Positions 33,066 to 45,679 of a stretch of 64,000 nt of DNA are shown one piece after another (the stretch's first letter is position 1; every line of letters starts with the position of its first letter). The DNA is taken from contig NIVC01003781.1 of the NCBI GenBank assembly GCA_002269645.1, positions 13,075 to 77,074 of the forward strand. The letters run 5' to 3'. The translations under genes and the position numbers were made by a program. This DNA comes from Macrostomum lignano. Its lineage: Eukaryota. The notes under the pieces are model-generated. The model did no database searches and was not told the DNA's origin. It was given only the letters and a program-made list of their open reading frames with translations.

Positions 33066-36000
33066 TTACATCAGGTTGCCGCCCTTCAGGAAGCTGCGTC
33101 CGTCTGACGCCGTGGTCTGGAACTCGTTGCTGGTGTTGTTGTAGTGCACGTGCACCGGAACTGTGAAGTCCCTCTGGCTGACGGGGTCGTCCTTGCTGGG
33201 CGCGAACCCGCAGTTCCTGCCGTAGCCCGCCTGCGGCTGGAACATTTGCGGCTGCTGCTGCGGCTGCAGAGACGACGGCGGCGGCGGAGGCGGCGGAATC
33301 GGCGTCGGCGACTGCATCAGCTGCCTGCTCTGGACGTCGCGCTTGTAGCACTGCGCCGATGGCGGCAGCTGCGGCTCGACCGGCACGGTGGACTCTCGAC
33401 TGGACTGGCCGAACATTTTCTCCCGGGCGCTGGTCATGGCCACCTTGGCGAAGCTGACCCTCGACTTCGACACTTCCCGATTGGCGATGTAGTAAAACTC
33501 CAGCAGGGCCATCAGCAGTGCGATGCCCAGGCCCGCCACCAGGATGTAGAACACGCCCGCCACGTTGATGACGGCCAGGGCGGACAAGCTGCCACCGCCG
33601 GAGTCGCTGATGCACTGGCCCTTCTCCACCCACCACTTCTTGTACAGCTGGTCCAGCACCTGCTTCTCCCGCAGGCGGAGCACCGCATCGTTCAGCTTCT
33701 CGCGCAGCGGCGAGCCGATGGGCGTCGCGATGCCGTAGCCTTTGTCACCGTGAGGCTGCCCGACCATCATGGTGTCACAGGGCTCCAGGTTGTTGTGGTA
33801 CTCGTTGGTTTTCGACTCCAGCAAGAAGGCGTATTTACCCTTCGACTCGCGCACCTTGCGCACTCCTTCGTCGGTCGAGTTGACGTACACCTGATGCTTG
33901 AACTCCTCCATCTTCTCCCCGATCTGCTTGTACGGCTTCATGTTGGTGGTGGTGAAGAAGGCCTTGGTGGACCCGGCATCCAGGGTGCCGGGAAGGATGC
34001 CGTTCTTGCCCATGGCCAGCTCCTCCCAATTGCTGATGGGCGTCTTGAGCAGCTCCACGGTGAGGAAGGCGGCCAGCGTGGCCGTGTAGTACGCGATCAT
34101 GATCAGCGTGAAGAACCACCACACGCTGGCCACCATCCTGGCGCCGGAGCTCTTCGGCGACAGATCGACGCCTTGATTGACGAAAGCGGCGAAGGAGAAC
34201 CACATGGAGTTGAGCAGGGAGAAGTTGCGACTCACCTTCTGCGTTGGCGGAGACTCTTCGTCGAGCTCCACCTGCCACTCCAGCGGGGAGATGCGGGCAC
34301 ACAGGTACAGGCCCAGGCTGACGCCCACGCAGCCAGCCACGATGTAGATCCAGACCTCCTGGGACAGCGGCCGCAGGAAGCTGAACGTGCCCGGCTTTTC
34401 CTTCTTCGGCTTCTTGATCATGATCGAGATGCCGAAGGTGAGGAACGGCTCCGTGAAGTGCACGAACTCGGCTCGCTCCGGGCTGATTGTGAGAGAAGCC
34501 ACGGCGATGTCGGCCTGGTTGCTGAGCAGCTCACCGATCATGCCGTTCCACTTGACCGGATCTTCCGACACCTTCGCTCCGAACTTCTTGTCGTGCACAA
34601 TGTGGATGCTGTACTTGATGCCCAGCTGCTCGGCAATCATGTCGAACATCTCGATGCAGAAGCCCTCAAAGCGGTCGTTGCCAGTCGGCTCGGGCTCGCC
34701 GGGCTTCGGCACCACCAGGTTCACGAACGGCGGGGTCTCGATGGTGACGACGCGGATCATTGTGGTGTCGTTTTTCATCGAGCTGGTGTGGTTCGTCGCA
34801 TTGGCGTATGTGTACAGCTTCTCGAGGCCGCTGTGCGTGTGCCAGTATCCGACTGGCCAGAATCTGGACCGCTTGAGCTCCATCACGTCGATGGTGAAGT
34901 TGGAGCGGAAGCCGTTCGAGTCGAAGGCGACGCTGCCGCTGTAGCCGTCGAACCGCGTGGCCGTCATCTCCTTCATCAGCAGCTCACCAACGTGGGACGT
35001 CTTGTAGGTCTGCGAGCTGCCCAGGTTGTGGTAGGCGTAGACATTCGGGTTGCGCAGCCGGTGGCTCGCGATGGCCGAGGGCGCGGAGTCGTCCTTCACG
35101 ACACAGTCGGTTCGGTTGGCCGGGTTCCTCATGGCGGCCAGGGAGTCCAGCAGCTGCCGCCGCGTGTCCGGCTTCGACAGCAGGCTGTCGAGGGCCCTGG
35201 TGAAGACCTCGACCCCGTCCATGAGGAGCGCGATCTCGTACAGGGGATACCCGATCGGCCCCGAGCAGATGAGCCTCTTCTGAATGCACAGGTCTTCCCA
35301 GCGCATCTTCAGGTCTTTCACCTTGAGATTTTTGTAGTCCAGAAGCTGGAAACCCGTGAGGTTCACTCCGCTGTGCTTTAGGCCTTCTGTGTCGATATCC
35401 GTGACCGACATGCCAGTTGCGAGGTAGTGGTACTCCCGCCGGTTCATGCCCATCTCGCGGATCTGCGGCAGAAAGTCTGAGATGACCTCCGGCGGGTCCA
35501 GGTCGATGACCACGTGCTTCCTGGACTGCGACTTGAGCAGGCTGTCCAGCCGGGCCAGCTCCGGGTAGGCCACGTGGGTGTTGGCAACGTAGATCAGCTG
35601 CACGTTCAGGTCCCTGTAGAAGTGGTCGCGCTGGTAGATTCTCACAGTTTCTTGGAAGCGGTGCAGCCCCTCGTGACTGTTGACCACGTAGGCGAAGGTG
35701 GTCCACTGGTACATCTCCAAGACTTCGATGATGGCCTTGCCGTGGCGCGGTCGAATATTCAGCACGTAGTCTTGCGACTTCGGGTTCTCCGCCTTCACAA
35801 TGCCAGGCGTGATGTACGGCACGTGGAACATGGAGACCAGGTTCTGGATGCTGTCCACCGTGAAGGCGTTCGTAGAGCCGAATATGGCAAAGGCGCCCCA
35901 CGGGAAGAGCTGGTGGCAGATGCTCTGCTGCACGCTGTGCGAGCTGTTCACGTTGGTCATGGTGTAGTTAACCTTGAGCTTGAACCTGCTCTTGTCCACC

Positions 36001-36145
36001 ATCTGCAGCGCCAGGAAGAAGGCGTTCTTCAGTTCGATTTGGTTCGAGTCGAAAATCGCTCCGATGGGGATCTCCGGGACCGCGGAGCCCCGGCCAGCAG
36101 GCAGCAGGCCGAGACCAGGGCGAACAGCAGGCAGCCGGCTGCCAT
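33066..36145 (-). CDS. Single-exon AMPA/kainate-type ionotropic glutamate receptor (about 1026 aa after restoring one base)
   Basis: ATD from IPIGAIFD; S1 ADIAVASLTISPER; M1-M4; S2 GSTKAFF and FLLESKTNEY; PCDTM. The likely ATG at 36145 (signal peptide MAAGCLLFALVSACCLLAG) is one base out of frame at the C4 run 36088-36091. Confidence 0.92.
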
Positions 36146-38099
36146 GTCTCCCTCGCGCTCTCGCACTGCTTGGCCGCCGCGCCCTGGGCCGCCGGCCTCT
36201 TGTAGCAGCGGCCGCAGCCAGTCAGAGCCACAGCCGACGCCTGGCCCTGGTTGGACGGGCCTGCCTGTGCGGTGCTCAGCTCAGATGAATCCACGTCCTC
36301 CCGATGCCTCTCCCTCCGCTTTCTCTCTCATGGCCCTCTTCGAGCCCGCAGTGTGAGCAGCGGCTCTCGCCTATACTTGAAAGATGGGAGAGAGGCGAGC
36401 GGCCGTCTCCAAGCTGCGTCAGAAGGGGAGAACGGGGCAGGCAGTTGGCCCATCTGAAATCCCATTTGCTGAAAATAACCGGCTGACCATTAGAAAAAAG
36501 TGAGCAAAAAGGCGGGTCCGCCGCCAGTTCTAAGAAGCCGCCCGCAGCTGCGGCTAGTGGGACTCCCAGCCGCGAGAAATTCAATTACATATGCACGGCG
36601 GCTCCGCAGTCATAAGCCGAGCCCGGCGACACTTCAAGACTCTGCGGCGGGGCCAGTCGAGGACTTTCTCCTTCCCCCGCTCCTCCGAGGCTTGCCAGGA
36701 CCGGCTGCAAACAGCCGCGCCGGAGTTAATATCGGCGGGGCTGGGAAAATGGTGGAAAATAAGGGGCGGGGCCTGGCTGGAGCCCAAGCTGGAAAAGTGA
36801 CCCCCTCCACAGCGGAAGTCGGCGAATTCGGCTCGCTTAGCAGCAACTTTGCTTGCACTTTTGCTTCCGCAGTGTGCCGTCATAAAACTGAGAATTAAAG
36901 TCACAGACGGTGGCCCGCGGCGCTCCCCGCATCTCGGGCGGGTCAGTTTTATCCCAGTGACTCACTGCGCAGTTGCAGAATCCCCGAGTCTCCAAGGATT
37001 TCCCAGCCTCAATAATGCTGACTCGGAATCACCACCCCCGCTGCGGAGCCGTTCCGGATGCGGCTTGGCGGCCGGCAGCCATTCGCGGTTCGAGTCCGCA
37101 CTCTGAAACATCCCTGCTGCGCAGAAATTCGGCCGCCTTTGTTCCGCCGGCATTCCCTCAGGACCGACTGCCAGCTCTGGCGGTCCGGCGGGCGCCGTGA
37201 ATTATTGAACAGTCGATCTGCCAGGATTGATGTCAGGCCGCAATAAATCAAACCGATGCCGCCGCCGCCGCAGCCGTGGCCTCCCTCACCCCGTCGGCGT
37301 CCTCTCGGGACGGCGCTCACCTCGGCCGTAATTCAATTAACAGCCTCGAGGCGACCCGGCATCGCACCGGGTCTCCGCATTAGCGCGCGCGCAGGGGCTT
37401 CTCTCGCTTTGCGTCTTCCCCTCTTGCACTCGTTTCCCTTCTCTTTCTGCCGTGCCACGCAGTGCTCTGCCGGAGTAATGGCATCTCCCGAGCCCGGCTG
37501 GGGAAAATGGCCCTGGCTGAGTTTCTTGAGAGCGAGAGAGTTCTCAACCAGGGCATTTAGCGCCTACTTTGCCGGACAAGGTCCCGCTCCCAAGCTGCGG
37601 CCGGCCAAATGAAGGCCGCCTCCGGGTCCGCTAATGAGTCCGCTGCAGCCGCGGCCCGCCCCCGACGTCGTCTCCGACAGCCAGCGACAAAATCAATGTC
37701 GTCACGGGGAGCGACTAATTGAGGTCGGCGACCCCCCCCCCCCCGTGGCTGCTCCACCAGCCGCCACCCCCAAGCTTGGTCTACAGCGCTCTCCCACTGT
37801 GCTTTCAGGGACCGCTGGCTGGGTGATGCACTGATTAGCAGAGCACTGCCCGCTTCCCATCCGAAATCTGAGCAGCGCAATCGGAATTGAGGGTGCAAAA
37901 CCAGTTGCTCAGATCGAAGCTTTGGAAAGCCGACCAACTTCAGGCTAGACTTCGACCTTCTGTGTCTCTGGACTTAAAACATGGCTCGCTAGGACCATGC
38001 CTGACTCTGCTACACTTTGGGACCGTATCTGACCGTCCGAGACCACATCTGACTCTGAAACCATATCTGAGTATCTGAGGTTATATCTGACAATTTTAT

Positions 38100-38400
38100 A
38101 ACATATCCGACACTCGAGGACCAAATCTGACACTCGAGGACCAAATCTGACACTCGAGGACCAAATCTGACACTCGAGGACCAAATCTGACACTCGAGGA
38201 CCAAATCTGACACTCGAGGACCAAATCTGACACTCGAGGACCAAATCTGGCACTCGAGGACCAAATCTGACACTCGAGGACCAAATCTGACACTCGAGGA
38301 CCAAATCTGACGCTCGAGGACCAAATCTGACACTCGAGGACCAAATCTGACACTCGAGGACCAAATCTGACATTCGAGGACCAAATCTGACACTCTAGAA
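38100..38400. repeat. 21-bp minisatellite (CGAGGACCAAATCTGACACT-type)
   Basis: Direct reading. Confidence 0.96.
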
Positions 38401-38414
38401 TCAAATTTGACTCT

Positions 38415-38965
38415 CTGAAACCATATCTAACCTTCTGAGACCATATCTAACATTCTGAGACCATATCTAACCTTCTGAGACCATATCTAACCTTCTGAGA
38501 CCATATCTAACATTCTGAGACCATATCTAACATTCTGAGACCATATCTAACCTTCTGAGACCATATCTAACCTTCTGAGACCATATCTAACCTTCTGAGA
38601 CCATATCTAACATTCTGAGACCATATCTAACCTTCTGAGACCATATCTAACATTCTGAGACCATATCTAACCTTCTGAGACCATATCTAACCTTCTGAGA
38701 CCATATCTAACATTCTGAGACCATATCTAACATTCTGAGACCATATCTAACCTTCTGAGACCATATCTAACCTTCTGAGACCATATCTAACCTTCTGAGA
38801 CCATATCTAACATTCTGAGACCATATCTAACCTTCTGAGACCATATCTAACATTCTGAGACCATATCTAACCTTCTGAGACCATATCTAACCTTCTGAGA
38901 CCATATCTAACATTCTGAGACCATATCTAACCTTCTGAGACCATATCTAACATTCTGAGACCATT
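38415..38965. repeat. 20-bp minisatellite (CCATATCTAA[C/A][C/A]TTCTGAGA-type)
   Basis: Direct reading; two alternating unit variants. Confidence 0.96.
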
Positions 38966-39639
38966 TCTAGCTCAAGCAAGCATCGAGTCTGCAGCCTCCC
39001 GAACGACAAAGTTCAGTTAGTCTTTCCAGTCAGCCCGCGAATTATTAGAGAAGTTTCTCAAGTTCCAACTGGGACTCTCCAGGCTCCAGGCTCTCCATCC
39101 CACATTCGCCCTCCCATAGGGGCTCCCGGAACGCTCGAGTTCTCCCCCTAATCAAGTGGGATTAATTCGATTTCGCAGCTGCCAGGCTGCATCATCGGGC
39201 TGCAGGCGGCAGCAATAAGTGATGCAATTAAATAAACAATCATGACACCGCACCGACTGCCCCGGGCCCTCGGTGCCGCTGCTTCTCTCAGCATCCGCTC
39301 TGCCCTCAGCTGCTCCCAGTGCCTGCAGCCCCCTGCACCCTCTGCAAACAAGGCCGACTCAAGCAGCAGTGGGGTCAATGACTGCCCAGATTCAGCCGTG
39401 CTCAGCCAGCAGTCTCCAATCAGGCTGGTCGATGCGGAGCTGCCAGAGCCGACTCAAGCATTTGGCTGCTCAGCAATTGACCGGCCTGGCTGGGTGAGAT
39501 TGGGCTGTCGAGACTTCGGTTGCTCGCGTTTAATACGGCAGGTAAATTCACTTCCATCATCTCTAAAGACTGCCCATCGCAGTGAGGGAGTAGCAATTGT
39601 CAAGCCTGCAGTTCATCATGTTGTGATTGGCATGACTAT

Positions 39640-39990
39640 TCTCATTCAGGCATGACCATTCTCAGGCAGGCCATGACCATTCTCAGGCAGGCATGACCAT
39701 TCTCAGGCAGGCCATGACCATTCTCAGGCAGACATGGCCATTCTCAGGCAGGCATGACCATTATCAGGCAGGCATGACCATTCTCAGGCAGGCATGACCA
39801 TTCTCAGGCAGGCATGATCATCCTCTGGCAGGCATGACCATTCTCAGGCAGGCATGATCATCCTCTGGCAGGCATGACCATTCTCAGGCAGGCATGACCA
39901 TTTGCATTCAGACATGACCATTCGATTTCAGGCATGACCATTCTCATTCAGGCATGACCATTCTCATTCAGGCATGACCATTCTCAGGCT
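39640..39990. repeat. 20-21-bp minisatellite (GGCATGACCATTCTCAGGCA)n
   Basis: Direct reading. Confidence 0.94.
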
Positions 39991-40867
39991 TCAACCGGGT
40001 TTGAACCAATTGTAAATTGACTTGAGCAATCTTGGCAGAGCTCCAGGAGCGGTCACGTGAACCAGCCCGAAATGCCAGAGACTTCAGTCGGGCATGAGCC
40101 GGGGACACACGGTTGGAGAGATGGAGAGTTTTGTTAAAATGATTTGATTGCCAAAAAAACATTCCCTCGCAGTGAACGGCCGGTGCCTCTGCTGTCTCTC
40201 TGAGGCCGTCAGACCTCAATTTGGATGATGGAGGGCGGGGCTGAGCAGCGGGCCGGGTGCTCACCACGCATTGGGGACTCAGCTCAGATTGAATGGACGG
40301 CAGCGATGCTTTCTCTCTGCATTTCCTGTCAATTTATCAATTGAAGCGCACGGCTCTCACTCAGGGCGCATCCACTCCAGCTCGGCAGCTGGTTCGGTGG
40401 GCGTGCAGACTTTTTTGGAAGGTCTACTCAACTCAGAGGGCCTGTGTTCCTACCTCTAGAGCTTTGGATACGACATGGCCAAGCAAGCTTATCAGAGTTC
40501 GAATAAACACTTGGGCAGACGCGGGTTCATTTTCTTTGGCAAATTTGAGCCCATTTAAAAGCTTATTTTTGCCGAGAGTACACAGACAGATCCCGCCGCC
40601 TCAGCCCATCCACCGCCTGCCCCTTGCCGGCGCGCTCTCCCATGAAGTAAAACAAATTAACTTGCAAAGTCCGGCCGCAATTGCGAGGAAAAGTGCAGGG
40701 GGTGCGGCAGAGGCCGGGCGAACCCGATCTGTGCTCAGATGAAATATAAGCCTACTTTAAGGCTTTCCCATTGCATTTGGTTGGGGAGGGGGGTGGCGGT
40801 CAGATCCCATCGGCTCGACCTCCCCGATCCCACACGCGGGCCGGAAAACGAGACAGAAAGACGAGAG

Positions 40868-40869
<2 letters not shown>

Positions 40870-40938
<69 letters not shown>
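40870..40938. repeat. (GA)n microsatellite
   Basis: Direct reading. Confidence 0.98.
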
Positions 40939-40940
<2 letters not shown>

Positions 40941-41129
40941 GTCCGAGGAGGTCAAGATGAGACCGGCTGAGCGGAGGGCGCAGTGCAGCAGTACAGAGTT
41001 ATCAATGATGCATGCGGTGCCGGCACAATACAGTCTGTACGCTTGCCCGCTAATGGGTCTGTTTGCCCAGCTCGGCTAGCCTGAGCCCGAGTCTTACCAA
41101 TATCTGAAGTGATGCAGCTGCTTGTTGAT

Positions 41130-41406
41130 GAGTGACATTGCTGCTATGCGTCGGACTCTCGAATGAAAGGTCGGGGGTTCGATTCTCGAGAGCAACACAC
41201 TTAACCCTTGCATTGCGTCAGTTCACCCAGCTGTAAAATGGGTGCCAGCTTTAGCTGGGATGATTGAGGGTGTGTGTGGCCACCCCCAGTCCTTGGACTG
41301 AACAGCCGTACGCAACCTTCAGATGCGCCGCGCAAAAGCTGCGACTGAGCTGTCGGTTGCACACCTGGCCGTTAGACTGGTGTAATCAATTATTAGTATT
41401 ATTATT
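41130..41406 (+). mobile_element. Second copy of the tRNA-derived SINE
   Basis: Shares GGTTCGATT, CAGTTCACCCAGCTGTAAA, GAGGGTGTGTGTGG...CCCCAGTCCTTGGACTGAACAGCCGTACGCA.CCTTCAGATGCG with 22403-22703; ends in (ATT)n. Confidence 0.8.
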
Positions 41407-41469
41407 ATGCGGTTAAAGAGTGTGAAATTAGTGTGGGGGTAGAGAGTGAAATTCGCCAATTATCAGAGG

Positions 41470-41740
41470 GTGCCATTGTCATGTGATCAGAGAGTGACAT
41501 ATTCATGCAGTCAGAGAGTGACATTGTCATGTGATCAGAGAGTGACATATTCATGCAGTCAGAGAGTGACATTGTCATGTGATCAGAGAGTGACATATTC
41601 ATGCAGTCAGAGAGTGACATTGTCATGTGATCAGAGAGTGACATATTCATGCAGTCAGAGAGTGACATATTCATGCAGTCAGAGAGTGACATATCCATGC
41701 AGTCAGAGAGTGACATTGTCATGTGATCAGAGAGTGACAT
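41470..41740. repeat. 24-bp minisatellite with two alternating variants (48-bp higher-order unit)
   Basis: CAGAGAGTGACATTGTCATGTGAT alternating with CAGAGAGTGACATATTCATGCAGT. Confidence 0.94.
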
Positions 41741-42411
41741 AGCTGCTTATTGCGTCTTGCAGAGAAGGCCCCCGAAACCGGGGCATTGCCGTGCACAGCT
41801 CGCTGCTTGCGTGCAGTTTTTCGTCCGGGTGCAGACAGGGGGAGACTGGGCGAATGAAAAGCCGAGACAGAAACTGTGGTCGGGATTCCAGCAAACCGGA
41901 GCCTCCCGTGGCGACTGGACAATGAATAATTAATAAATCATTTCAGCGAAGCACCGCGCAGAGAAGCAGAGGATGAAGAATCTGCTTTTGCTTTTGAGTG
42001 CCGGCCTGCTTGCTTGTCCGCGCTCCCGTTACAAAAACTTTGCGTGGGAGTCCGGCGGGGGCTGCAATGGGAGGCTGAGACTCTGGGATGCCGGACGGGA
42101 CGAAGGGAATGGCGATTTTTCCCATTTGAGGAATGAATTTCGGCGGGCAGCTCTGGCGCAGGCTGGGGTTACAAAAACTCGAACTGACAATGGCCTCACT
42201 AACCCTGTGTCCGGTGGGGAATCCAGGCCCGGCCCTCACCTGAGGGAATTTCGATCTGCTGCCAGAGTTCATTAGAGGTAAAAGCCGCCGTTTGATGGCG
42301 AGTTTGGAAAATTGGCTGGCGGTGACGAATCGCGCCAGGCCGCCAGCTCGGCCAGCGCGGCGCTGACGTGCGATGGAAGGCGCGGTTGATGAGCTGAGAA
42401 TCGCCTTTAAC

Positions 42412-42780
42412 CCGACTTCCGCTTGGCGCCTCTCTCCCGACTTCCGCTTGGCGCCTCTCTCCCGACTTCCGCTTGGCGCCTCTCTCCCGACTTCCGCTTG
42501 GCGCCTCTCTCCCGACTTCCGCTTGGCGCCTCTCTCCCGACTTCCGCTTGGCGCCTCTCTCCCGACTTCCGCTTGGCGCCTCTCTAGGATTTCCGCTTGG
42601 CGCGCCTCTCCCCCGATTTCACTTGGCGCCTCTCTCCCGATTCCACTTGGCGCCTCTCTCCCGATTTCATTTGGCGCCTCTCTCCCGATTTCACTTGGCG
42701 CCTCTCTCCGATTCCACTCTCTCCGATTCTGAAATCCTTCCAGATTTCCACTTGGCGCCTTTCCAGGCCAGAAGAATGAA
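42412..42780. repeat. 25-bp minisatellite (CTTGGCGCCTCTCTCCCGACTTCCG)n decaying rightwards
   Basis: Direct reading. Confidence 0.93.
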
Positions 42781-44149
42781 GACTAGAAAACTGAAACTGA
42801 ACGCGGCGCCCCAGTTAGGTGTTGAATTCCCACCCGAGTAAGAAATCGGACACCCGAAAGCCTCATTCTGAGCTGGTCTTTAAGCTTCATTTTACCTCTC
42901 AGCACCTCTCGAAATTCCCACAGATTTCATCTCAGCATCGCTGGCGGCAGTTATTGATGGAGAACGGCCTCCGCAAGCCGCAGAAATGCTGTCGAATTGC
43001 TTGGCTGGCACTTCACAGCTGGCTGACATCTCTATCCGACCATTCGCGCATCTGCAGACTCGGTGAGCGAGCGGCAGGGAAGCCGGACAACAGGCGGGGG
43101 AGCCGTGGGCCTCATTTGCACCTCAGGCTGACAGGCTTCAATGGGAAGGCCGCACAAGCGCGCACTGGCACTGCAGAGCCGGTTCGTTTGCCACTGCATG
43201 TGGCGGCGTTTCAGCACTTGAGTGCCATACTCAAACCCATCTTGCTTTCATTTAGACCGTGCCAGAAGTGCGCGCTTATGATAGATGGCATCCCGTTTCA
43301 ATAAAAACAATGCGCCGCAGAAGCAGGCAATAACGGACCAGCAGCGGCAGCAGCAGCTGGGGCTGAGGCAGGCAGGAGTCGGTGGCCGCTCGGAGAGCAC
43401 AAATTTGCATGCAAATTCCTGCTGGGGGGGGCGGCGCCAATTTGTGCGGAGGCCCGGTTGCCGGGCTGGATGAGGCGGAGGCTGGGCTTTAATTACACAG
43501 AAAGGATAAGCAATCAGACTGCTGGCCTGGGGAGGAGGCGCCAGCTGCCCGTACGCGCCGCAATTTGCTGGCGCCCGGCAGGAGGAAAACACGGGGGCAG
43601 CGCCTGTCCCCGCGCCGCTTATGGCTGTGGATAAGAAAACTAAAGAGCATTTGCAAATGAGATCAGCGGGGGGTCCGCTCGAATCTCCCGCTCCCCAGGC
43701 TGCCCCCCTCCGCCCTCCCCGCCGATATTCGGCCGGCCATGACGGATGGCCTGGCGGCCCACAGCGCTGCTCATCTATCACACTGGGGCTCTGGCTGCAT
43801 GCTCCAATTATGCCTGACAATTTCAACTTGTGGGACCAGCCCCCCGGCTCTGTATTCCCATCCTGCTCCCCGCCTCCCTCACGGAAGATCCTCCTCGCCC
43901 CGACAACCCCCGCCTCAGCTTCGGCTGCCCGAGCCCGGGAAAGCTGCTGCGATGCCGGGCCGCCGATAAACGGCCGGCTTCCTCCCCAGCCCGCTCTGGG
44001 ATAATAATGCATTGCATATTGGCCCGGATTATCCCGGCCAGCCCAAGCGGGTGACACACTTTCACCAGCAGAGCTCAGTAGCTGCTGCTCGCCTTTATTG
44101 CATCCCCCTCTCTATCAGTGCCCGATTTCTCCCATCGAATTTGCTGACT

Positions 44150-44945
44150 TCCCCTGTCTCTATCCACCCTGTCTCTATCCACCCCTGTCTCTATCCACCC
44201 CTGTCTCTATCCACCCTGTCTCTATCCACCCCTGTCTCTATCCACCCCTGTCTCTATCCACCCCTGTCTCTATCCACCCCTGTCTCTATCCACCCCTGTC
44301 TCTATCCACCCCTGTCTCTATCCACCCCTGTCTCTATCCACCCCTGTCTCTATCCACCCCTGTCTCTATCCACCCCTGTCTCTATCCACCCCTGTCTCTC
44401 TATCCACCCCTGTCTCTATCCACCCCTGTCTCTATCCACCCCTGTCTCTATCCACCCCTGTCTCTATCCACCCCTGTCTCTCTATCCACCCCTGTCTCTA
44501 TCCACCCCTGTCTCTATCCACCCCTGTCTCTATCCACCCCTGTCTCTATCCACCCCTGTCTCTATCCACCCCTGTCTCTATCCACCCCTGTCTCTATCCA
44601 CCCCTGTCTCTATCCACCCCTGTCTCTATCCACCCCTGTCTCTATCCACCCCTGTCTCTATCCACCCCTGTCTCTATCCACCCCTGTCTCTCTATCCACC
44701 CCTGTCTCTATCCACCCCTGTCTCTATCCACCCCTGTCTCTATCCACCCCTGTCTCTATCCACCCCTGTCTCTATCCACCCCTGTCTCTCTATCCACCCC
44801 TGTCTCTATCCACCCCTGTCTCTATCCACCCCTGTCTCTATCCACCCCTGTCTCTATCCACCCCTGTCTCTATCCACCCCTGTCTCTATCCACCCCTGTC
44901 TCTATCCACCCCTGTCTCTATCCACCCCTGTCTCTATCCCCCCGT
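44150..44945. repeat. 16-bp minisatellite (CCCCTGTCTCTATCCA)n
   Basis: Direct reading. Confidence 0.97.
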
Positions 44946-45679
44946 CTCTAATCCACAGGTCCCTGCACTCTCACCCTTTTCCATCTCTTTATTTCATCAT
45001 CTGATCTCTCATATCGGACCTGTCACCCATCCCATTCCTCACATCCCTTCCCCCTTCTGTCCGTCAGCCATCGCCACTTCTATCCCCAAGGAAACTGGAC
45101 CGCTTGCATCTCGCGGAAGTCCTTCAAAATCGGCACTAGAAGCCATCCGAGCCCCCGGCCGCCGCAACAACAAATACAGATCGAACTCGGCCGGGCTTCC
45201 GGTCCGCCCGACTCGAACTCAGGGACCTGAGAATGAAAGAAGAAATTAGGCCCTGACTGACAGGGGGGCGCAGCGGTGCTGAAATGCGATTTGAGCTGGG
45301 AGAAAAAGATGGAGACTGTGGGGAGCTGTAACTGGGGCCCCGGCGACTCCCACGGGGGCCGATAACGAGCGGCATTGTGGATGAGGCGGAGCCGCCTTCC
45401 TTGGCAACCGCGGCTCTGCACAGCCAGCCTTCTTCATCCTATCTGCTTCATTCCTCCAATTCGCCTTGGGGAAAACTGCGCTAGGAAAGTCTTTAAAAAT
45501 CTCCCATCCTCTTATCTCACTCTTTGAGTCCCAGCAGGAATGATCAAATTTATCCCGGCCGTGAAATTGCGTTACTGGGGGCGGGGGAGCGGACAGGCGG
45601 CCGAGGCTTCCGGCCAACCCAGCTTCACTGATCGACAGCTCGGGCAGAGGGCGTGCGCGGGAGATTGGGAGACTGTCCG

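Noticed and set aside
33144-35381. 745-aa plus-strand ORF (and similar ones opposite the lectin, pol, LRR and tubulin genes)
   Set aside because: Antisense shadows of GC3-rich coding sequence; no independent motifs.
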